UHGV virus genome: UHGV-0194485
Source: a virus
Length of the DNA stretch: 37,082 nt
Direction: 5' to 3' (one strand)
Below the pieces are notes generated by a model. That model had not been told where the DNA came from. It saw nothing but the letters and a program-made list of their open reading frames with translations, and searched no databases. The position numbers were made by a program, and so were the translations under genes. Shown here one piece after another: positions 9,351 through 16,577 of the stretch (positions within the stretch are counted from its first letter, which is position 1; the number at the start of each line of letters is the position of its first letter).

Positions 9351-9692
9351 TCAGAGCTCGATGGAGTACACTCCGAACCCCTGGTCGAGGTAGTACAGGC
9401 ACTCAAGGGGTGCGGCCGCGTCGATGTCCTCTCCGACGACCTTCTCTCCGATCCTCGCGTACAGTCTTGCCGCGTCCTCGTTGTCCGGCGCGGCGTACAG
9501 TGCATCGAAGTCTCCGAGGATCTCGCGGATCGCGGCGGTTCCGATGCCCTGTCCGCGGAAGCCCTCGTCGACGTCGATGCGCTCCAGGTATGCGGATCCG
9601 TCGTCGAACTCCTGCACGATCGCGCGCACATGCTCGGCGACCTATGTCCTGAAGGTTCCCTCGTCCTCGTAGGTCTCGGTGGTGTAGTCCAT
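9351..9692 (-). CDS. GNAT-family acetyltransferase with in-frame TAG at codon 17 (candidate pyrrolysine)
   Basis: Motif A IDVDEGFRGQGIGT and motif B NEDAARLYARIG. ATG 9692 follows the promoter and RBS and is in frame through TAG 9642-9644. Confidence 0.75.
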
Positions 9693-9700
9693 GCTGTTCA

Positions 9701-9760
9701 CTCCCGGGGTTTCTCTTTTTCCCCTTAATACTACATAGTAGTATTACTATATAATACTTT
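9701..9760 (-). promoter_or_regulatory. early promoter plus 5' leader, copy 1
   Basis: 56/60 identical to 10935-10994. Minus strand has AAAGTATTATAT (BRE/TATA-like) and GGGAG RBS. Confidence 0.8.
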
Positions 9761-9761
9761 C

Positions 9762-10151
9762 TTAATCTGCCCTCTCAACCGTGACCTTGACATACTCCCC
9801 CGCCTCGACTCCGAGGGCCTTGAGCTCCCTCGTGACGATCACTCCGAGCGAGTACCCGCCGAGGGCCTTGACCTTGACCGTGGCCGTCATGCTCTCCGGT
9901 GCGGATCTGTCCACGGGGATGGCATCGTCACGGCGTCCGGGGCACTCTCCGACCGCCGCGACGGTACGGAGGATGTCCGCATCCGAGGGCACGGCATCGC
10001 CGAAGCTCTCGCTGAGGTATATCGACCACTCGGAGCCGTCGTCCGTGCGCATCTGCACGATGTCGCCGCACTCCGGGTCGGTGACTCCTCCGACATACTC
10101 TCCATGTCTGAGGATCTCGCGCACCTCTGTCAGCGTGATGGCGTCTCTCAT
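9762..10151 (-). CDS. protein with C-terminal AbrB/SpoVT-like DNA-binding domain
   Basis: VKVKALGGYSLGVIVTRELKALGVEAGEYVKVTVER. Confidence 0.72.
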   Translation of the reverse strand: MRDAITLTEVREILRHGEYVGGVTDPECGDIVQMRTDDGSEWSIYLSESFGDAVPSDADILRTVAAVGECPGRRDDAIPVDRSAPESMTATVKVKALGGYSLGVIVTRELKALGVEAGEYVKVTVERAD

Positions 10152-10153
10152 GC

Positions 10154-10282
10154 TCACTCCTCCTCCATTCCCAGCTCGCACACCGGGCACAGCACCTCGA
10201 CGTACCCTACATCCATCGCCACTGCGACCTTGGTGCTGCCGCACCTGTCGCAGGTGCATTCTGCCACTGCGTTTCCGTCCAT
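10154..10282 (-). CDS. small Zn-ribbon protein
   Basis: 42 aa with CDRC...CPVC, read by hand. Confidence 0.55.
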   Translation of the reverse strand: MDGNAVAECTCDRCGSTKVAVAMDVGYVEVLCPVCELGMEEE

Positions 10283-10283
10283 C

Positions 10284-10685
10284 TCACTCGACCTCCCAGA
10301 CCGCCGCGACCTCGCACGACTCGAACGGTCCGCATCCGGACAGGATGATCTCGTCGGGATCGTTGCCGTACCTCATGCTGTCACCATGGATCAGCGCGAA
10401 GCGTCCGCCCGGTCCCGCGTACAGGCCAGCGCCGTCCATCGCCCTCTCGATGCTCCCGAGGTCCTCGGTGTCGGCGATGCACACGGCGCATGTCCCGCCG
10501 ATGGTCTCGCCCGTGGTGCTGCGGGTGCTGCAGTCCCACTCCAGATCCCAATCGTAGGACTCCCTCGGCGTGTCGCCGATCTCGTACTCCTCGTCAGGGC
10601 ACAGGCCCCTGATGCCCCAGAATCCGGAGCATCCGTGCTCCTGCTCGTAGGCCTCGATGGCCTTCATGATCTCCTGCGCGTCCAT
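10284..10685 (-). CDS. acidic hypothetical early protein
   Basis: 133 aa from ATG 10685 with GAGGT RBS. Confidence 0.7.
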   Translation of the reverse strand: MDAQEIMKAIEAYEQEHGCSGFWGIRGLCPDEEYEIGDTPRESYDWDLEWDCSTRSTTGETIGGTCAVCIADTEDLGSIERAMDGAGLYAGPGGRFALIHGDSMRYGNDPDEIILSGCGPFESCEVAAVWEVE

Positions 10686-10686
10686 C

Positions 10687-10926
10687 TCACTCGACCTCCC
10701 CATTCAGGAGGTCCGCGAAGTCGTAGACCGGGGTGATCTCCTCTCCGTTCTCGTCGTCCTCGGAGATGTAGAAGAACGCTCCCATCTCCCTGTCCGTGGT
10801 GGCCCTCCTCTCCTTGGGAGTCAGGTGGTACCATGCATCGTCAGCTGCTCTGCGGGCCTCCTCGAAGGTCTCGTATGCGGTCTCCTCTCCGACGTTTCCG
10901 TTGAATATGCGCACCGTGTATGTCAT
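10687..10926 (-). CDS. acidic hypothetical early protein
   Basis: First gene after promoter copy 2. Confidence 0.72.
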   Translation of the reverse strand: MTYTVRIFNGNVGEETAYETFEEARRAADDAWYHLTPKERRATTDREMGAFFYISEDDENGEEITPVYDFADLLNGEVE

Positions 10927-10934
10927 TTCAATCT

Positions 10935-10994
10935 CTCCCGGGGTTTCTCTTTTTCCCCTTAATACTACATAGTAATACCAATATATAATACTTT
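10935..10994 (-). promoter_or_regulatory. early promoter plus 5' leader, copy 2
   Basis: Direct repeat of 9701-9760; the first 40 bp are identical. Confidence 0.8.
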
Positions 10995-11070
10995 GCTATA
11001 ACACTCGACACACTATGAGGAGGGCAGGGTCGCGGCGGAGTGAGAATGGGTGCTTGACGCCGCGTTGATG

Positions 11071-11090
11071 ACTCCGCCTGGAGGCGGAGT
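11071..11090 (-). terminator. hairpin at end of late region
   Basis: ACTCCGCC-TGGA-GGCGGAGT, next to the AAACCCCTT motif that follows the 11125 stop. Confidence 0.55.
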
Positions 11091-11124
11091 AAGGGGTTTG
11101 CTGTTCAGGTTTCCGGATTCCGGA

Positions 11125-11553
11125 TCACTGCTCAGGCATCTTTGCCCTTGCGACGTCGGCCTTGGCCTTATCGCGGATGGACTCCACGAAAGGGAGGGCG
11201 AGGAACTTCGATCCTCCCAGGCCGATGATGGCGCTCACGACGAGGGCCATCGAGTTGCAGAGTCCGGCGGTGACCTGGACTCCGCTGGCGTCGGCGTACC
11301 ATCCGATCATCGCGAGGGATGCGACGACGCAGATGGCGACGATCAGGATGTTGGACGACAGGTACGAGATCCCGTAGGTGATCTTGCCGCCGTTCTTCCT
11401 CGCGATCTCCTTGTCCTGCTGGTAAAAGCCGGGCAGGGACACCGCGAAGGTGCAGACCAGCCCGATGACCATGGCGATGACCATGGTGACCGGGATGAAC
11501 TCGGCAGGGACGCCGAGAATATAGTTCGCTGCTGCTTCTATTTCTGCTGCCAT
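11125..11553 (-). CDS. multi-pass membrane protein (holin-like candidate)
   Basis: About 3 hydrophobic segments and a charged C-terminus. Last gene of the late region. Confidence 0.6.
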   Translation of the reverse strand: MAAEIEAAANYILGVPAEFIPVTMVIAMVIGLVCTFAVSLPGFYQQDKEIARKNGGKITYGISYLSSNILIVAICVVASLAMIGWYADASGVQVTAGLCNSMALVVSAIIGLGGSKFLALPFVESIRDKAKADVARAKMPEQ

Positions 11554-11651
11554 TTTGTCAACTCCGATTATGAGGACGATCTCACAGCCGATCATGACGG
11601 TCCGGGCCTCCCACACGATGCGGGAGGTCAGACCGCGTTCGGCCAGTGCGA

Positions 11652-12872
11652 TCAGGCCTGGCCGTCCCCAGGGCCTTTCTTGCCCTTGTCCAGCCTCTTG
11701 AGCATCGCGACGCGGATGGCCTCGCGCTTCCAAATGGCCAGTGCGATCATCGCCAGAACGAGGGTTCCGAGGCAGATGGCGAGGACCTGTGTGGTCGGGT
11801 CGTCGAATCCGGTGGGTGCTGGCGCAGGCGTCGGCTCGAAGACGGCCTGGATGTCCAGGTCGGAGGTCACGGGCGCGGAGAAGTCGTGATCCCATGCCAC
11901 GAAATCGTAGCCCTCCTTGACGGGGATGGTCTTGGGCTCGGTGACGAGCTCTCCGTGCTTGACGGACTGTGCGGGCAGGATCTCCTCACCGTCGGCATAG
12001 AAATGGACGGTGTAGACGGCAGGCTCCCAGACCGCGACCAGAGTTGTGTCGGCAGCGACGGACTCCGCGAAGGCGGAGAGGTCGCTGATGACCTCGGTTC
12101 CGTCGGACCAGCCGAGGAAGGTGAATCCCTCCTTGGTCGGAGCTGAGGGCAGGACGATGCCGTAGACGGTGTGAGAGTAGGTTGTGGTGCCGTCGACGAT
12201 GAAGGTCAGGACGGGGTTGTGGGCGTAAACCGCGACATATGCCGCGTTGCCCGTGACGGTCGCCTCGACAGCGTCCGAGGCGATGACGACCTCGGTGGTG
12301 TTCTTGAGCGCCCATCCGACGAAGCACTGGCCATCGACGAACTCGATGACCTTTCCTGCTCCCTTGACCTCGGAGATGACAGGGAGGGCGACGGTCTGGC
12401 CGTAGCTCTTGGTGTTGTCCGAGGAGATGACGGTGCCGTCCTCATAGGTGAAGCTCACGGTGTAGACATCGGCCGTGATGTAGGCATAGAGGTTCACGCC
12501 TGTATCGACTCCGACGGAGTAGGTGGATCCTGCGGAGTAGACGTTGGTGGGTGCGGTGCCCTCGACGATCTCGGAGGTGGACCATCCGTGGAAGGTCTTT
12601 CCGGCAGGGATGGAGTATCCGAGAGTGGCGAGATCCTTGAGAGTGGTGGGGATCGCAGCTCCGGTGCCTGTGACCGTGTCGTTGACGACGGTGGTACCGA
12701 TGTGATATACGACGGTCGCAGTGACCGCCGGCTCGGTCGGGGTCCCCGAAGTTTCGGATCCGGAGTCCGCTGCGCCATCGCCCTCCGCGTAGGCATCGCC
12801 CATGACGGCGACACCTGCGAACGCGGCCAGAAGGACGACGCTCACGACCAAAAATGCGCATTTGGTGTTCAT
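11652..12872 (-). CDS. adhesin-like surface protein with InlB B-repeat (Listeria-Bacteroides/Flg_new) domains
   Basis: Signal peptide. Repeats GKTFHGWS, QCFVGWA, PTKEGFTFLGWS, PVKEGYDFVAWD. C-terminal TM helix plus basic tail. Confidence 0.85.
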   Translation of the reverse strand: MNTKCAFLVVSVVLLAAFAGVAVMGDAYAEGDGAADSGSETSGTPTEPAVTATVVYHIGTTVVNDTVTGTGAAIPTTLKDLATLGYSIPAGKTFHGWSTSEIVEGTAPTNVYSAGSTYSVGVDTGVNLYAYITADVYTVSFTYEDGTVISSDNTKSYGQTVALPVISEVKGAGKVIEFVDGQCFVGWALKNTTEVVIASDAVEATVTGNAAYVAVYAHNPVLTFIVDGTTTYSHTVYGIVLPSAPTKEGFTFLGWSDGTEVISDLSAFAESVAADTTLVAVWEPAVYTVHFYADGEEILPAQSVKHGELVTEPKTIPVKEGYDFVAWDHDFSAPVTSDLDIQAVFEPTPAPAPTGFDDPTTQVLAICLGTLVLAMIALAIWKREAIRVAMLKRLDKGKKGPGDGQA

Positions 12873-12876
12873 TTTC

Positions 12877-13503
12877 TCATCTCATCCGCGTGAGAGGGCC
12901 ACGGATGAGGATGATTGAGTTTTTGGGGGTATATAAACGAAATCCGATATTCAGCGATCGGAGTCGGTTTCCTGCGTCCTCCGCATCCGTTTCGCCTGCC
13001 GATAGGCCCTCTTGATGCGCTTGGCTCCCGCCGGAGTCGTCGCATATCTGAGGAGCGCCTGCTCCGTCCTCGGCTTGGATCTGCGCTCGGCCATCGGACT
13101 CCCTCGACCGGATGTAGACGCGGTTGACGGTCGTCTTGTAGTCCTCAACGGCCTGTGCGTAGCGGGGATCCTTGAGGCACATCTCGGAGATGATAGAGGT
13201 CTTGATGTCCGCGACCTTCTGGCGTGCCTCCCGGACCTCCGGGTCGCTCTTGACCGATGCTTCCATCACGGCCAGCAACTCCGCGTTCGCATCGTGTTTG
13301 GGCTGGGCTTCGAGGGTCTTGACCTTGGCTTCCAGCTCGTCCATGCGCTTGATCAGATCCGGCAGATACACGCCTTTTTTCATCAGCTCGGAGAACGCGT
13401 TGTAGTTGTCGGACTGCTGCTCGTAGGTCAGTCCCGGCGCCGATGCCGTCGCAGGGGACTGCATGCCCTGGAGGGCCTTCATGACGTTGCTGTACTGCTC
13501 CAT
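12877..13503 (-). CDS. coiled-coil hypothetical protein (3' end uncertain)
   Basis: Starts MEQYSNVMK at ATG 13503. The frame runs through the next promoter. Confidence 0.55.
   Translation of the reverse strand: MEQYSNVMKALQGMQSPATASAPGLTYEQQSDNYNAFSELMKKGVYLPDLIKRMDELEAKVKTLEAQPKHDANAELLAVMEASVKSDPEVREARQKVADIKTSIISEMCLKDPRYAQAVEDYKTTVNRVYIRSRESDGRAQIQAEDGAGAPQICDDSGGSQAHQEGLSAGETDAEDAGNRLRSLNIGFRLYTPKNSIILIRGPLTRMR
12927..12946 (-). promoter_or_regulatory. late-promoter motif variant
   Basis: GGGTATATAAACGAAATCCG, 18/20 match to the three identical copies. Confidence 0.65.
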
Positions 13504-13574
13504 CCTATCGCCTCTGTGTGGGGTTTGGAGGCCCCGCAGGGCCTCATATGTCCGGCATGGATGCGTCGGACAGG

Positions 13575-14456
13575 TCAGGAGAGCGATCCGGTGCCGGTGA
13601 ACGCGGTGGCTCCGGCGGTTCCCTGAAAGCTGATGGCGTCCTTGTTCGCGATCGCGTTGAGGATCGCCAGCGTGTTGGCGTTGTCCCTCTGCTCGGACAA
13701 CTTGTCGCGGAGGGACTGTATCTCGCGCTGGTCCTCCCTGCTCTTGATCTGGCAGAACTGGTCGGCGAGATAGGCGTTCTGTGCGCTGAACAGGCTCTGC
13801 ATGAGATTGTCCTGGGCAGATGCCGTGGACTGGACGAGATACCTGACATCCTGGATGTCCGCTCTGGTCTGGCATCCCTGCCTCTCGATATTGAGGTTGG
13901 TCTGGCAGCAGCAATCCTGGATCTTGCCCTGGATGTTGCAGCAACACGACTGGACCGCGTTGATGATCGATCCCTGGTTGACAGCGATCTGCTTGTCCAC
14001 TCCCGCCAATGCGGCGGTTATCTGTCCCTGGGTGCAGTTGAGGGTCTGCGCCAGCTGGCTGATGGCCTCGCGGTTGCCTCCGATGGCATCGAGCATCCTG
14101 CTGTAATTGGCCTCGTTGACAACGGTGCGGTCCACTCCGGCCACGTCGCGGTTCGCGCCTCCGAAGAATCCCGAACCGCCTCCGAATCCCATAATCAGGA
14201 TCAGGAAAAGGATGACGAGCATGCCGCCGTCTCCGCCCCATGCGCCCTTTTCCTTGCAATCGTTGAGCATCGCGATGATGCCCGGGTCCACGCCCTTGTT
14301 CGCCAGCATGCCCATGAGGGCACCCGTGTCGAATGATTCACCCATTTTCTCACTCCCTAACATCTTGATGATGGAGTCGGTGTCGTGTCCGATGTCTTCG
14401 ATCATGCCGTGCTCCCATCTCTGGTAGCTCGTCATGTCGTCATGAGTCTCGTCCAT
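13575..14456 (-). CDS. Gly-rich TM plus CCC coiled-coil protein
   Basis: RBS GGAGGTG; alternative start 14345. GG..LVILFLILIMGFGGG followed by SCCC and DCCC motifs. Confidence 0.8.
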   Translation of the reverse strand: MDETHDDMTSYQRWEHGMIEDIGHDTDSIIKMLGSEKMGESFDTGALMGMLANKGVDPGIIAMLNDCKEKGAWGGDGGMLVILFLILIMGFGGGSGFFGGANRDVAGVDRTVVNEANYSRMLDAIGGNREAISQLAQTLNCTQGQITAALAGVDKQIAVNQGSIINAVQSCCCNIQGKIQDCCCQTNLNIERQGCQTRADIQDVRYLVQSTASAQDNLMQSLFSAQNAYLADQFCQIKSREDQREIQSLRDKLSEQRDNANTLAILNAIANKDAISFQGTAGATAFTGTGSLS

Positions 14457-14685
14457 GCCACACCTCCTGCTCTTCCGAGCATGTGAAAAATCGGAGTGGA
14501 GGTTTAAAAGGGGTTTTTAAGGAGGTTTTAAGGTCTGTCGGAAGATTGCGATAGGTGTAGGTCGGGATGCGCTGTTTTGAGCATCTCTAGATGTGCTTGC
14601 ACGCCCCGGCCTTGGAGTAGACGGCATCCAGATCCTTTTTACAGTACGGACAAAAACGCGGGATCTCACCGCGATTATCGTACAT
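14440..14685 (-). CDS. small C2HC zinc-finger protein with in-frame TAG at codon 33 (candidate pyrrolysine)
   Basis: MYDNRGEIPRFCPYCKK...KHI(TAG)RC. TTAAATA box 23 nt upstream of the ATG. Absent from the ORF track. Confidence 0.5.
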
Positions 14686-14729
14686 GAACGATTTTAAGGT
14701 CTTTTGTTATTTAACTAAGATTCGTGATT

Positions 14730-14748
14730 CGGGGGGTTGCACCCCCCG
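14730..14748 (-). terminator. hairpin after the tail-fibre chaperone gene
   Basis: CGGGGGG-TTGCA-CCCCCCG. Confidence 0.6.
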
Positions 14749-14757
14749 TTAAGTCGT

Positions 14758-15174
14758 TTAGAGTCCCGGATACTCCGGGTAGTCGGCCTCCGCAGGGAAG
14801 CCGGGTTGCGTCTTGGTGGCACGGACGGCCATCTTATAGGTCCTCAATGTCTTCACACGATCCGACCAATCTTCGCCAGCGGCGATGTAGTCCTCGGCCT
14901 TGGCGATGTCAATGTCCGCTGCGTCCAGCTTCGCGGACCTCTCGATCCTGCGGAGCTCCGCGTCCCATACGACTCCGTCCGGGAGGATCCCGGCGCGTAT
15001 GAGATCATACTCCCCTGCTTCGAGGCGGTATTGCGTGTAGACGCATTCGGTGCGGCTCTCGCCACGCTCGTTTTCGACGGTCTCCATGCGTGGGTTGCGG
15101 TTGACGAGGACCATAGTCGGTCCAGTGACGATCTCCGGCGGTGCCGTCATGCTTCTGGCTTCGATGATCTCCAT
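14758..15174 (-). CDS. tail fibre assembly chaperone-like protein
   Basis: C-terminal LRTYKMAVR...QPGFPAEADYPEYP resembles the Tfa ending YR..L...GFP..I.WP..P. RBS GGAGG. Confidence 0.6.
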   Translation of the reverse strand: MEIIEARSMTAPPEIVTGPTMVLVNRNPRMETVENERGESRTECVYTQYRLEAGEYDLIRAGILPDGVVWDAELRRIERSAKLDAADIDIAKAEDYIAAGEDWSDRVKTLRTYKMAVRATKTQPGFPAEADYPEYPGL

Positions 15175-16181
15175 TTGAATTCCTCCATCAGTGGATAAAC
15201 TGTTTGCTTGCCCAGATAGTGGCCGTTGCACCACTCCAGGCATCCGTTGTATGCTGCGAGGACTCCACGATCATGCAGATCGGGTTCGCGGCCCTCGGCC
15301 CATTTGCGGCGTATGCGACTGCATGCGCGCTTGAGTCTTATCTTGGTTCTTTTGCGTAGGAGGCAGTGGTCGGGGTATATGACGTATCCGACCCAATCGA
15401 TCCCCTCGGTGACCGGACGGATGCACCAGTTGCCCTTGACCTCCAATCCCCAGGGTGCGATGATCTCCCCGATCTTGTGGAGCGCACGGCGGAGCCATGG
15501 TTTCGACCAGCCCAGGATGATGATGTCGTCCATGTAGCGTAGATACCAGCGACAGTGGAACGACTCTTTCATGTAGTGGTCCAGATCGGACAGGTAGAAA
15601 TTGGCGAAATATTGCGACGTGTAATTCCCGATCGGGAGGCCGCCATAGGGGTACTCGTAGATGATCCGTGCGCACAGGTCCAGAACGTCCTTGTCCTTGA
15701 CACGCGCTTCGATCTTGTCCATCATGACGTCCTTGTCGATGGACGGAAAGAATTTGCGGATGTCCAGCTTCAGATAGTACTTGGCTTGCGGGTCGCGGAG
15801 ATACTGCTTGAGTTTGGTCAGACCCTGATGCGCTCCCCTCTCCGGCAGTGCCGCGTAGGTCTGCGGGATCAGATTGCGCATGACCATGTCGTGAAGCACC
15901 TGCATCAGCGCCCAATGGATGATGCGGTCCGGATAATAGGGGAGGTCCGCCACCTCGCGGGTCTTCCCTTTCTCATGGATCTCGAACATCCTGTAAGGCG
16001 ACGTGTGGTATGTCCCTTCGACGAGCATCGTCTGAATGCTCTTGATGTAGAACTCCGGATCCTCATCGACCTTCCGCACGTCCGGACGATGCGTCTTGCC
16101 CTTGCGGGAGTTCTGATAGGCGCGCTTGATGTTCTCGTAGCTTACGAGCGTTCCCCAGATGTTTCCAAGTCTTTTCGTCAT
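15147..16181 (-). CDS. DGR reverse transcriptase
   Basis: 344 aa. Motifs PDRIIH, LKLDIRKFFPSID, GLPIGNYTSQYFAN (DGR-type IG...SQ), YMDD, GIDWVGY. No intron maturase or endonuclease extension. Confidence 0.96.
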   Translation of the reverse strand: MTKRLGNIWGTLVSYENIKRAYQNSRKGKTHRPDVRKVDEDPEFYIKSIQTMLVEGTYHTSPYRMFEIHEKGKTREVADLPYYPDRIIHWALMQVLHDMVMRNLIPQTYAALPERGAHQGLTKLKQYLRDPQAKYYLKLDIRKFFPSIDKDVMMDKIEARVKDKDVLDLCARIIYEYPYGGLPIGNYTSQYFANFYLSDLDHYMKESFHCRWYLRYMDDIIILGWSKPWLRRALHKIGEIIAPWGLEVKGNWCIRPVTEGIDWVGYVIYPDHCLLRKRTKIRLKRACSRIRRKWAEGREPDLHDRGVLAAYNGCLEWCNGHYLGKQTVYPLMEEFKWRSSKPEA

Positions 16182-16317
16182 TTTATCCGCCTTTGTGCTT
16201 TGAGCGTCCTTTCCCTTTCGGTACTAAACCGCTTTGTGCATGGTCTATTTCGGCGAGGGCCGAGGTCATGGGCGGATTGGATGGTGATGGTTTTACAGGA
16301 CCGATGGTCCTGTGGCC
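16182..16317 (-). ncRNA. DGR spacer (3' part of the TR-containing RNA)
   Basis: Non-coding gap between TR and RT. Perfect 8-bp hairpin at 16295-16313 and a CC-GAAA-GG tetraloop. Confidence 0.6.
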
Positions 16318-16439
16318 CAAAGGCCAGACGCGCCCCGTTGTTCGAGTTGGAGTTGGACAGGGAATTGTTCGCATTCAGGTAAGAGGGGCCGGCATTGCCA
16401 TTCGACACATTGTCCGAATTGCCCCCGACGTTACCGAGG
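16318..16439 (-). repeat. DGR template repeat (TR)
   Basis: 122 bp, ungapped match to VR. 26 sense-strand adenines lie in 12 AAY codons plus GAC and TAC. Confidence 0.97.
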
Positions 16440-16577
16440 AACCCCCGAGGTACGCGTCACTTCCGCTCAGACCTGTCCTCCGTTTCCGGATGGACTGTGA
16501 TGGATGACGGGGCTGGCGCCCCGATGATGGTTTAAGGGGTTTGGATAGGAGGTTGCTTTAGTCGCGCGAGGACGCGC

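Noticed and set aside
12951..13094. Basic 47-aa ORF MAERRSKPRTEQ...
   Set aside because: It lies wholly within the 12877-13503 frame, and I cannot tell which frame is real.
15147..16181. RT as a group II intron, retron or Abi RT
   Set aside because: DGR-type motif, short length and an adjacent adenine-specific TR/VR pair.
16178..16408. 76-aa Asn-rich ORF (MSNGNAGPSYLNANN...)
   Set aside because: It is the conceptual translation of TR plus spacer, not an accessory gene.
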